This document shows, piece after piece, positions 13,628 to 27,200 of a stretch of DNA of 64,000 nt. Source of the stretch: Bugula neritina (taxonomy: Eukaryota > Animalia > Bryozoa). The position numbers were made by a program, and so were the translations under genes. The DNA lies in assembly GCA_964035545.1 (NCBI GenBank), contig OZ037767.1:29528628-29592627 (forward strand). The letters are read 5' to 3'. The notes beneath the pieces are model-generated. The model was not told where the DNA came from. It searched no databases and saw only the letters and a program-made list of their open reading frames with translations. Position 1 is the first letter of the stretch, and each line of letters starts with the position of its first letter.

Positions 13628-14511
13628 GTATGTATATTGTTCCGCGCCATGGTGATTGAAAAATAAATAAAATAATATGTTTTTAACTTCATTCTCATTA
13701 GGCATTTTGAATCTCATGTAAAATGTGAAGCTCATTTCATAAAACGTGTAAGCGTTCTTATTTTTAGATGTTGCATTTTAATACGTTTTAAATATTGCAG
13801 TTTCTCTTTTTGTATATACTAATAATTGTAACTGTAAGTGTAATTCAAACTGTTAAACTAAAACTTAAACTAAAACTTAGACAGTTACTGTTAGAGTAAC
13901 AACAGTCTTGTATGTGTGTTGAAGATTTGTATTATTAATCATTGAAGTTGATTTTTTCATATTATCATTATGGCATTACAGACTTATTAATTAGTTTTCA
14001 AAATTTTCTATAGAATGTCAACTGAGTTAGACTTGAGTTACTAAGTTTATGTGTTCAACTGTAATTTTAGCTAAAAGTAGCAAGTGTAAAATTTTATAGA
14101 AATTAAAATAATTTCATAGATATTGATCTTCAGCTTGTAATCATTATGATATTATATCTTTTTGTATTTAATTTCAGCTTATGGTCATTTCATTTTTAAA
14201 ACTTTTGCTTAATTTTCTATTTTTGTAAGCCAAAATTACCAATAGTATATTATATACATCAATTTACCATAGGGAGCTAATCAGGCTGGGTCTTACTTTT
14301 TCAATTCTTGCTGCTATTTGTAATCTGAGTTTACATTTAATATATATGCTAATATTGCATAGCACTCTACTAGTAAATTTTGTTGCATTTCAAGATCTAG
14401 TATCTAGTTCATTTTCTTTTGCGTTGAGTTTTTTTCAACTCAAATGTGCAAATGCATTTTCTGTTATCAAGTGTTCTGTAGATTGTTTCTCCCGTATTTA
14501 TGTAATCTGCT

Positions 14512-17500
14512 ATGACTAGTGACACAGACAATGCTTCAGATAGTGACTTACACATAGCTGTGAGGTATTGTACTCTACACATATCTATTCTATGTCTATT
14601 CTATATTATCTAGCAAGTGACCTAGATACAGCTGTAAGGTTTCAACATGTATTAGTAAAAAGTATAAATTTATAGCTTTTCTTTTTGAGTTGCATGGCCA
14701 TAAAATTTGTTTTATCTTTGTTCATACTCTGCTAATGTTATAAAATATTTTAGAGAGAAAGTTTCAGAGTTGAGGTTAAAATTATTTCATTTTATTTCTT
14801 TACTAGACTAAAAGCAGTTATTTTGAGTCTAGTAACAAATTGATGGATGCTAAAAATTTTTGTTTTCTTATTTTATTAATTTAAATTTTTAACTCCTATG
14901 CTCTATTTTATTCAGTCTCTTTATAAAAATGGCTTTGAGCACTTTATTTCAGTTAAACTGTTGATTGTTGGTATTTAAATTCTTATTTCCCAGTAGATTA
15001 TATGTAACAATGTTACAGTAAAATGTCTCTCTCATACAAAGCATTTCCATAAGCTGATATTGATATTTGTTTAAATGCTCCACAGTTTATGTAACTGTAA
15101 TTGTACTGATATATTCATTATTCAACAGTTTATTGCTCTCTAAATTGTATTGAGGTTGTTTTACTTTGCAGGTACAAAGATATAAAAGAAGTTCAAACTG
15201 CTTTACAATGTAAACTAAGTCCTAACAAAATAGGAATATATCAGTGGAGTCCACTTCACGAGGCCTCAAACTATGGCTACATAGATATTGTGAAACTGCT
15301 GCTAAAATATGGAGGTAGATCTATTCAACTGTTTCTACAGAAACTTACTAACCTCAGCTAAATGTTGATAATATATTTAATGTTTATAATAAACTAGAGC
15401 TAGTGCTTGTGCAGATAAAAATAATATTACATAACCGTTGGTGCAAATTAAAACATTGTAAGGAAGGTTCTATCACTTTTTCTCAATTAATTTTACATCT
15501 GTATGCTTTTCTGTATCGAATAAGGAGCCAATTTTAGTGTGTATTTTCTTTGTATAATACTTACACTATTTTCTATAATATTGCGTAATAGCTAGTAGTT
15601 TGTTATAGCTAAAAACTACCCACTTAGAATCTACACCAGATATGACTAACAGTTGCTATGCTAGGAAGACCTCGCATATGTTCTTTACAAAAAAAGTCTA
15701 TGATTGTTCAGGTAACCCCAATTTACCTGACAAGCACCTGTGTAACACGGCTGTGCACTATGCAGCTCAGGAAGGTCACCCTACCTGCTTGCGTCTGCTT
15801 ATTGAGGCAGGGGGAGATTATTCCATAACTAACTTTGATGGATACACCCCTCTAGACCTGGCTACTAGAGCATGTGAGAGAGTGATAGAGAAAAAACGTA
15901 AGTAGCGTGTATAGTTTTGTAAAACACATTAAGACCCTATTAGACCATGTTGCTTTTTGTATGCTACTAGTACATTGACATGTTTTTCAATATATTTTTT
16001 ACAAATTTTTTCTTACTGAATTTCTTAATAATTTTTGTTGTTGACTTACTTTCAACTTAGTTTAGTTGAAATTTTAAATGCATATGCAATACTGGAGAGT
16101 TATGTGGACTAATTTTTTTTTAAGAAAGAATTTAACCTCCAAGTTGTTTTTAAAGTTATGACAAAATTCTAGTAGTTATTGGACGTTTAAATTTCAAATT
16201 CTCATTAACTAAACATCACAAGAGATTTTTGTTTAATAGCATGAGTTCCATATACAGTGAAAGGTATATACTAGCTCTGTATATAATATTATACTGCAGG
16301 AGTAACACAGCTGATTAAAATGCCATTAACTGAGGTAATCAAAGATGCTAAACAGGAGATTCTGAGAAAGGCGTTGGAAACAAAGCCTTGCTTGTCGGGC
16401 TCCACATCTCCCCAGCCCACCGACACAACTAATAGTGATGCTAGATCACAGTCTATGAAAAACAGGCGTGAAAATATACTAAAAGCCTGGTCACCACAAA
16501 TCAACCAATCAGATCCAGGTATATATATTTTATACTAATTATACCCGCAATGTATCGCTATTAGTGTGATTATAATATTATATTTCTAATTATGAATATT
16601 TTATTCCCATTCCTTGTTATTGTTATTTAATTCTACATAATATTTTGGAGTTATGGAATCCATTATCAGAGAAATAATAATTTCCATCTTTTTTTGGTTT
16701 ATATTTTACATCAGAGATTTAAGTATAATAATACTAAAAGAATTCAAATCCTCACTTTACCTGGTATAATTGAAGTTTTTGTGGTAACTGTAGTTATGAT
16801 TTCTTTGAAATAACTTCCCTATCATTTCTACTGAGAACTTATATACGCAGTAAATATATAGTTATATACAGTATAATAATATACATAATATCGTTATATA
16901 TACTTACTCAGGCACTATGGGGAACCTGCACATGTCATTCGAGTACAACAGCAAGAAGTCTTACCTCAAAGTGAGGCTATGGAAGCTGACTGGACTCATG
17001 TTCTCTGCCACTCACTCTGCTAAAGTCAGCACTCTTTACATCAAGACTAGGTTACTTCCAGACGTACATCATGATACTAAAAGAAAGTCTGAAGAGGTGC
17101 GGGTTTCTCCTCTCCTTGGAACTGAAGCTAAACAGAGGTATATAGTATGAATAATTACAGTGCAAACTACTTTATGAGTTGTTTTCTCGGGATGTAAACT
17201 AAAGTTTTACAATTATTGATGATGTAAATTTTAATATGGCTTCACAGTTATATTTTATTGCAAATCTTCAGTTATGTGAGCCCATAATGTTTAGTAACAA
17301 TAAAAATTTACAAGTTTAATAATTTCAACTGTGAAACACCTTTGTACAGTACCCAGCATAAAATTACAACAATATGTATTATCAGCCTATAAATTATGAC
17401 TTTACAGCAGTTCGGGCAGATGTTGAATTGTGTGGGTCTAGGATTGGATATAACATTAAAAGTAGGAACTGCAGTGGTTTAAACCTTACTGCAAATAAAC

Positions 17501-19753
17501 CGCTTTTACTCTGTATATTAATTTCTTTCTACAACACTTTTGATATAATTTAGTTGTGTTCTCATAAGTTTAACTAATGGTGTTTTATATTTGTAGTAAA
17601 TGTCAAACATATGTCACAGAATCTGGAGCTGAGGCTATATTTGAGCCAATCAAATTCAAGTTTACTAAACCTCTGGTTTATGAGCCAATAAACAACGATA
17701 CAATACAAGACAAAGTTATATATTTTCAGGTAAACACTGATTATTAATTGGATCAATTTTTCTTACAACCTTTTTGAATTGAGAAATTGATTAAAGTTGT
17801 GCCACAATATTAGGTACAGGTAGAAATCTGAAGTAGAATATAAATGTTGGTTATTCTGGTCACGCAGGTAATGGTGAAGCAGAAGTACACTCATAGAACC
17901 TTCCAGATTGCTGACATGACCATCCCACTCAATGTGGCTGTATCTAAGATAGTCAAGGAGTCGTTCCCTCTACGTATTTCCTCCCAGACTAAACTTCCTG
18001 ACAATATGATGGTGCTGCCTGATATAAAGGTCAGCGAATACATGTCTATACTCACGTCTATGTATATCTTACCTTAGAATCAGCTGATGTACCAAGTTAT
18101 CATAATACTATGTTGATACATTTCACCCTTAAGTTTTACACAGCTGCATGGCAATCATACAATACATTTGGCAACATAACAATACATATTTGATTGGCTT
18201 TATTTGTAGAGTGTTCTTGAGTATAGGGTTCTTATTTTTCTAATTTCTTACAATCATTATGGTACGCTGCGACATGTAAGTACAATGAATTCATGTCGCA
18301 GTGTATCTCACACTGTATGTATTATTTAATTGGAAAAACATGCGAAACTCCACCTTTTTACACAGAAGAAAAATACTCGTCAAAATTACACAACAAGTTT
18401 GTCAGCACTGTCATTGTTCATGCCTACAACTGCATGTATAACACTGCTTTTCAGTCAACGTTCATGTGATGTGATTCCTTCTACTTTCTATTTTATAGCC
18501 TACAATGGTTACAACCTCAGATCCAAACCTGAGAAGCACTCGAGAAAGAGAGGTGTTGTTAAACCTTCCACTAAATAACCCTAGACCTTCCAGTGATGTC
18601 AATCTCAGAGAGGTTATATCTATGAGCAGCCATTCTGCATCGGTGAGTGAGATTTATCTTCCCCTGCTACATGCAGTCATATTTTACAAGTTGAATAAAA
18701 GAAGTAGGCCTATTTGTTGTTACCTTTATTACATATTTTTCATAGATAATTTATGTGAACAGAATGCAAATGAAGATTATTTGATAATTAATGGTATTTA
18801 TGCAATTATGCTGTAGGTATCAATTGACATGCCTAGTGATGTGGAAGTAGAAACCGCCAACGAGTGCCTTAGTCAAGTTAAAGTACAATCCACTTCCTTA
18901 TCTGTCCCAGATGACACAGTAATACCAATGCCTGGAGCTCCAGGTAAAAATGATATACTTATTTTTGAAGTTTTCCTATCTTTTTTTCTTTATGCCATAT
19001 AAAATGTGGTGCATTTTCTCCAAAACTGTTAATGTAGATCATAAAGTACTTTTTGCTTATTCTTATTTTATTATTGTTTCGATGGTACAGAGGTTGCGAT
19101 TTCTTGTTTTTTATTTTTTCACAGTAACTTTATGATTTTTCAGAAAGAAGTTCTGTACTGACAACTTTGCTAAGGATGTTATGCAATCAGCTGCAATGTA
19201 CTGTTTGGATTGTATTAGCCCTTGTAGTTTACCATACAGCTAGACTAATATGTCAGCTAATGTTGTAGATTTACCTGCGGAGGGTGACCTTGACACAATG
19301 TTATCAGTGCGAGTAGATGCACTAAATTTATCTTCCAATAAAAGAGAATCTCAGCTGAGTTCAACTCAGCCAATAGAAACAGTGGTTAGAATGCTGAGTG
19401 ACAGTGAATCGGACAGCTCAACAGATAACCAATCAAAACTCTCCAAAATGCTCAAAACCAAGCGCTCATCTGATCAAGTAGTAGAAATGGGTTCTAGGAG
19501 TTATCTGTCACCGTCAGGTCATCAAGCTGACAACGAATTAGCAACGGTTGCTTATTTAAATGAAAGTCTTGCTTTTACTAGACATAAACTGAGAAGAAAA
19601 TATCCAACTAACTGGACATCGACAACTGGGGCTAAGCAGTTGTCTAAAGGAAGTGATGTAGCCGTCACTATTGGCGACTTGGAGTTGAGTGACTTTGATG
19701 AACCTGTAAAAGTTCACAAATCATATAAAAATACTGAAGAGTTTACAGTTTAA
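14512..19753 (+). CDS. Ankyrin-repeat and C2-domain protein (~625 aa, 10 exons)
   Basis: Exons 14512-14564, 15172-15314, 15712-15897, 16300-16518, 16912-17137, 17597-17729, 17868-18029, 18499-18642, 18817-18943, 19269-19753 splice in frame (1878 nt). Ankyrin motifs WSPLHEASNYGYIDIVKLLL, NTAVHYAAQEGHPTCLRLLIEAG and GYTPLDLA. Synaptotagmin-type C2 start GNLHMSFEYNSKKSYLKVRL...YIKTRLLPD. Confidence 0.88.
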
Positions 19754-21266
19754 ATAACTTGACTCTGTAAGTTCTAACTTATTTATGTAAAAATTATTTT
19801 TGTTATAGCAATAACCAAATCATATCATTATATTTTAAATACTGTTTCAAATGTTCCTTTGTTGAGAAAGCTATCATGAGAATTCATATTTTTTCAAATC
19901 ACCTTTCATTATACTCAGTAGATGCAGTCTTTTCACAGCGACTAGTTTTTTCCAGGTCTATATTAAGATGGCCCTCAAATTTGCCTTCATTTCTGTCTGT
20001 TGACTCTTGATTTACAAAATTTTATGAGCAACTATTTACATCTGTTAACTAGCTCTTTTGATTACAAAAGCATAATGAAAAGAAGCTCTGAATTTGTTTG
20101 AAAAGCTGTAAATAGCTTCTGGGACTTAGTTGAAGGTTTCTATGCACCTTGCAAGCTTCCTCACTATACACTGTGACTGTAGATTTTACTATATTTTTAT
20201 ATGATCAAAATGGCTGCTTGTAGGTGTAACTAATACTTTAATTGTGATGCGGATTTGATGGGCTGAATTTTACAGTGATTTACATATTTTTGTAATGCAA
20301 GATAATTGTTTTTTCAAAATGAAGTTGCATTAAGCAAAGTTCATGTTAAGCTTCTACTGATAGTATATATGCAACAGTTGTTATACTTATTCTGTTATCC
20401 TTTTGGGTGGTACTCACTTATATTTTTTCAAATTATATGTAATGGTGGTCAAATTGCGGATATTTTTTATAATTTTACTGCCAGCTAGGCTTCCAGTTTT
20501 CAAAGCAAACTCAGTGGCATAATTGAACATTAACAACAATTGGAAGAAACTATTTTACAAGTTTAAAATAGATTTATTATAATGAATCTATAGTTTTATT
20601 ATTATTGCACCAACACAGTCTGTAATGTGTACTATGAATACTCAGTACTAAAAATTGATTGATTTTGTAAACATAAAAGAATAAAAAGCTATGAAATAGA
20701 AAACAGGCCATTTACAACAACCAATGTGAACTATAGAATGCTTTCAGTCAACACTTATGGGTAGACAACTAATATAACTTCAAACACTAAAACTTAATTG
20801 TCAACTGATTTTAAGACTTTAAAACCGGCTTCAATTATTCCAATACTAACAAGCAGCGAAAGTCTACATTTTTCTAGAATGTATTAAAGCCTATATAGAT
20901 AACATACTGGACCTGAGTGTAGAATACTAAGTGAAAACACATACTTCTCTACTATACAAACAATATAATAAATAAACATTAAGTAGACAACTCCTCTAAG
21001 TGCCTTAAGACCAGCGGCCTTTAACAATTGTAAGTAGATTACGTGTAAGGATTCGTCTATAAAATAAGTGAGTATTAACAACAGCAAAAATATAGCAATT
21101 CCAATATTTATGGCTGATTATACAATATGGCCACCAGCACGGAAGGCTTATCTCGTAATACGACTGGTCGTCTAGTATAACACAGTTACCAGGACAGCAA
21201 CGTGCGTATAGTTATCACAATATCAGAGTTTTCCATCAACTTTGATGTATCAGCAAAACATCTCGT

Positions 21267-24200
21267 CTAGGCTCGTTTACGACGTTGACGTCGACCTAAA
21301 GCAAAACTTTGATTAGTGATGAAGATTTGTTAAAATAGAGATAAAGTTAGTTTTTACTCATAACTGGCATTATTAATGTTATTGCATAACGCTTAAAAAT
21401 CAATTAAAAATCACTATAATTCGCTAGTACTCATTTATTAAAACTTTCATATAATAGAAACATGCATTTCTTCTCGAGATTAATTATAGTGTTCAATAAC
21501 TAGTAAAAATAGAACAAAATGAAATAAAAATATAATGATTACACAGCTACTTGAATGAGCTAAGCGAAAACTTATTAAAGTGCACGGAAAATGATGCAAG
21601 ACTGGTAAATAGTGCAGACAACTCATAATACATGACTGATAAACCATAAACTTATAGTGAAAACACAACATAGACTGAGAGAGTGGGTGTGACAATAGAT
21701 ACAGCGGGTGGGTGGTGCTCACAGAAAGAAAACAAGGCTACATCTTCACTCACCATGATCACACACAGCAGGGGGACAGAGTTCACACCAGCTGAGCTTC
21801 CAGCATTATATTATTCAGTGTGGAATAATTTTACAGTATTACTGCGAGTTTATATTTCTCTGATAGCTAATGCCACTGCACATGCATAACCAAGGAGTAT
21901 TTACTGAAGACAATACAACCAATCAGGGATTCTCACAGGGATAGTGACTATAAACTCAAACGAGATTTACTGAAGACAAAATTATGCATTGAAATATCCT
22001 TGATCTTCATTACTCAATGACCCAAATGATCTCAACACAATTTTATACAAAATGTCTTCTGTGTTTTACTGTTGTGCAACATTAAACAAGATGTTCAGCA
22101 GTAACTGGGATACAAACACGGAGTATTAAGAGAAACCTGATAGAACAGAGAAGCTGGGTGACAGGGGAATGCATGTTCACTACAAAAAGTAGAGATCCTT
22201 CTACAAGGAAAGGCCGATTGCATGAAGTGAAACATCAGAAAACACTATCTCGTACTTCACTAGGCAATTTTATTATGCCAGTTAAAAAGAGTAAATGATA
22301 GGCAGATATAAGTTACTCGTATTAGTAATTATAGCAGCAATAAACCAGAATAAAATTTAACTTTAGCAAAAATACTATCAGCAAAAGATACAGAGATTCA
22401 GAGTTTGTTATTAAATAAAAAATAAATATTATAAACTATTGTATTCTTTTACAGGTGGTTAGTAATAAATCAATAGAAAGAGAATACTAAACAGAATGTC
22501 AGTTGGAAGCAGATTGATACACTAGGGGAAGGCGAGGGTTAAATAAATCATACAGAAATATGAGTTCTAAAAATAGTTGTTTACCATTACTTGAACTTGA
22601 AGTCATCCAGCTATGAGTAAATTAAGCATCTCAGATTATATTACTCAGTGTAACACATTCAGACTAGATTGCAAAGGAAGTTTCAAACAAAGGAAAAAAT
22701 TAGACTCGCTGAAGACAGCAAGTCAGTCATGTGTTTGGTTGCTAGCCACGCCCACCACAACCTCACACGAGATCACCAAGATTACCGCCGTCTGCCAGGT
22801 ATTCGTCGAGAGTTCTGATAACAATCACATGACCATATTTAGTTCTATGCAACTTACGACATTTCACGGCATTGTCGCACTGCTGCACCTCCTTCAGCGG
22901 CGGACATCTTGCTCCGTGATTCTTCCGTTTGACTGTAATTGAACGTCGGCGAACCTGTCGGCCGGTTCCACAGGATTTGGAGCAGGCGCTCCACTCCCCC
23001 CAGTCTCCAACTTGACAGTCCACTGGCAGGTTCTCTTGAGTTGATTCTATAAATAGAAAATAGGACAGCTATTGATTGTGATGAAGCAGGTCTGACAACG
23101 GTTACTGGCTCAGCATTATGATATACCTGTATGATATAACTGTATGAGTTACCTGTATGAGATACCTGTATGATACACATGTATGATACACATGTAGCAG
23201 ATATACCTGTATGATATACCTGTACGAGATACCTGTATGAGATACCTGTATGATATACCTGGATGATATACCTGGATGAGACACATGTAGCAAATACACC
23301 TGCAGCAGAGAGGTGTAGAGCAGGGGTTACCTGTAGTAGATGTTGCATCGGTACACGGCCCGTTATAACAAGCTCGCATCTCCATTTCCTTTGGATCAGA
23401 GAGAGGGCAGGTTCCACCTTCCGATGCCGGTTGGACAATCATTCTAAACCTAGTCTGAGTTCCCATAACTCCGCACAACGCATCACAGGGTGTCCAGGCA
23501 GTCCACTCGCTTATTACACAGTTGGCATCTAAACAACGAGAAAGTAATGATAATCACAACTGAACAGGCAAATATAATAAAGATGGAACTTTCACATGTC
23601 AACTATTTGTAGATGGAGAATAAAGGAGATATAATTTATTTCAGTAAGTAACTTAGATAGAAAAAGAGAAAGTAATTAGTGAGAAAAGAAATTGAGATGG
23701 GTGAATGAGGGGGTGTGAGAAAAGAGAGGTAGATAAGAGGAGATAAAAGTAGAGGGGTGGATGAGGGGGTGAAAGGAGAGGGGTGGATGAGAGGGTGAAA
23801 GGAGAAGGTGGATGAGAGGGTAACAGGAGAGAGGTGGATTAGAGAATCTACCCACCTTGACAAAGCGAGCCTTGGCATGGTTCCATCTCTGTGTACTGAG
23901 TGTCAACTGGGCAGGGCCCCCTCTTCTCCATCCTCCTTCTCATCCTCTTGCCAACACCACAGGCTACAGAACACTTACTCCAGTCTCCCCATGGTGACAG
24001 CTGCAACACCATAACGTCAGCAGAGTCAGATAAATCAACAAAACACATTCCAACAGCATACAGAGTGATGTTTAGAAGAAATGAAATGCTAATCAGCAGC
24101 GCCTTGCAAGTGCAGCAAGACTCTAGTTAAGTCTTGCAGCAGTAGCTGACTTGTAAATAAAAGCGGGAGAACAAGTTTCTGTACTCTCTGGCCAAAGAGT

Positions 24201-27200
24201 GAAGAAGTTTATTACATACCATGCAGTATGGGTGGCAATCACTAAGGTTACAGCTTCTCATCTCTTTGACGTTAGGGTCACATGGTTGACCTTGGCCCTG
24301 TGCGGGTCTCTTTACCATCCTCTGTCTAGCCTGAACCCCATCACCGCAGGTTTCAGAGCAGAGGGACCACGCGCTCCACTCACTCAGCATACAGTCCACG
24401 TCACTAGTCAGACTAGGTGCGGGGCAGTCATCTAATGTGCACACCTAACCGCAAACAAATACATCAAGTCACAAGTCTACACCTTTCCTAACTATATTTG
24501 TTTAACATTTTGTAGCATGAAATGTTGCTAAGCAGTTTGTCCAGGTTTCCACCACGAAACAACCAGCAATCCATAGCAGGATATAATTTAAAGTATATGA
24601 AACATGATTATCAAAGCTATTCTGTAAAATCCGCAATTTCATTCTCTATTAGTTATACTTGAATTTTAAGACCAATCAAAGACACTAAAAATCTTTGAAC
24701 TAGAACAGATGCTGACCACTGACTCTCCTCCCAACACTCTCACCTCAGTCTGAGTTGTAGACTTGGGACACATAGCACCATTGCCTGAGTTCCTACGCTT
24801 TATCTGTCTGCTGCGGCTCTTGAGACCCGTCCCGCAAGTGACTGAGCAGGAACTGAAGGCTGACCACTCCGTCAGCATACAGTCAACATCTCCCGCTGCC
24901 ACTGGCGACCCTGCAGGACATAGTACACATCTGACACACGGCAGCATACAGTATATATCTGACACACGGCAGCATACAGAACACATCTGACACACACGGC
25001 AGCATACAGTACACATCTGACACACATGGCAGCATGTAGTATACATCTGACACACGGCAGCATACAGTATACATCTGACACACGGCAGCATACAGCACAC
25101 ATCTAACACACACAGTTTCTACATCCACTCAAAATGTAAATTCTAAATAATTATCAACTTTATTTGGCAAACAATATTCAATATAGTTCAATGGCCATAT
25201 TAGAAGTTGAAGCAACTTCACTGGAGTGTCACCAAGAGAGAGTGGATTAAATCAGCTAAGAGAATAAGCAATGTTTCAAATAACTTCTAATTTTTCAAAA
25301 CTAAAGCACATTTAATATATTTAACAACTAGTTGAAAGGATCTCAATTGACTAGAATTACCAAAACTAAACTGTGATAAGCGTCTGCGAAGAAAACACGA
25401 CTCAGGAGTCAGTTTATTTGAATCTTCTCAGATAAGAAGTAGAAAAAGTGGAGTACAGATATTGCCGTATGTTTACCTCCTTCAACTGTGCCACACGACG
25501 AAACGCAATCTTCAAGAGTGTCAAAGTTATTTGCGTTGCCACGGCAACCGGTATACTCAAAGGGTCTGCACTTTCCCATGTCCACGTCATAGAAATACCT
25601 GGTGAAGTTGCCAACACAACTTCCCAGAGCTAGCGGCTCCCGGCAAACACCTGTAAGCAGGTCAGAAGTCAGCGTTACGTTTGAATACAATAAATATCTG
25701 CTACTTTACATGCTTTCCATTAAAAGTCAGTAGGAAAATAAGCAACAGAGTAGAAATAAGGAAATCTCCGCTAAATTGACCAACTGTTAACCTCCTAACA
25801 AAATATTTAACAAATACTCTCAAACTAAATACTGACGGCTCCAGTTTGGGTTGACTTGGGAGCAGTCGGCGACCTCGGCTTGGCACCTCCTGGTATCCTC
25901 CAGTGCGGTGGAACACTTGAGTGGGCCCATCTGGTTGAGGTACCGCCTGGTCCGGATCTGCACGCCACTTCCTGTTATGACAAAGTTCACATCATCTAGG
26001 GCACAGGCTACTAGTAGACAACTGGAGCACAGGCTACCAGCAGAGAACTAGTCTGACAGCTCTTACTCTCATATTTCATGGGTTTGGTATGGAAACAAAT
26101 AAAATGTGTGAGAGAACAACTTCTAATGTGCAATAATAGAAATCATGATACTCGGCTACACAGAGCTGTCACTTTACACTGCAGCAAATGCTTAGTCACA
26201 CATAATAGAATACTTGAAAAAATAGTTTATTTCATTCCATCAGCTGCAATAACGAACTAATGTGATTGGCTAACATATCGCAGTACCTTGACATATCCAC
26301 AGATGGCTAGCAGTTGCAGCAGACGTATATTAATGCATGACTCACCACATGTGGCAGTGCAGGGGCTCCACAGAGACCACGGCGTAGTAATACAGACGTC
26401 CACCGGCTGGCTCGGGTCTACTTCGCACTCATTCACAAGTCCCAAACAGTTTTCTATTTCCTGCAGTTTTATCTTCGGACACGCTTTGGTGCTGCCCATG
26501 GGGCTCTTGAACTGCCTAGTTCTGAAAACAAGGTGTATGAGAAATGTTATATATTTATTGAAATAGTTTGTCTAATTCTGAAAAAAAGACACCATTATTC
26601 ATGTCTCAAAACATTAGCTTCAGTTTTGATGAGGGCTAAAAGGTAACAACCGGTGCTCAAAGCTAAACAATAAGTAAGTTACAACTGCAGGGTAACTAAT
26701 GCGTATACTTGCCTAGTCTTAATGCCGACACCACAGGTAACACTACACGCATCAAACTCGCTCCACTCAGTAACCATACACTTGACGTCCGGGACATTGA
26801 GAATTTCCTCTGCATCAGAGTCTGTACCAACAACGACAACTAATTATAGAAAATACTGATATGCCAGAAGAATGCATTGACGACTTCACAGACTTTTGAA
26901 AATTCAATCTTATCAAATAAGCAATAAAATAAAAAAATTCCCACTATCACAAATATACTACACAACATAACGTAATATGTATACAGAGGGAATTTTATAT
27001 CAAGTTATGTTTCTCTGCATGATCATGTGACAAAATGGGTATAGAGGGCGTAGCTGAGCCTTCATACAAATATATCACCTGTGAAAGTGGGTTTGGTGCT
27101 GCTGCTAGCTTCACATCTCTCAGTAGAAGTTGGGGTGGTTTTGGCGCCCACCCTTCTGATGCGGACTGTAGCCATGGGACTGACTTTGTCCGTCCCATAG

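Noticed and set aside
20573-20685. Overlapping antisense 3'UTRs of the ankyrin-C2 and spondin genes
   Set aside because: Based only on AATAAA hexamers, which are common in AT-rich DNA; ends cannot be placed
24872-25128. Cys-rich metallothionein-like ORFs in three frames
   Set aside because: Translations of an intronic 28-30-bp minisatellite
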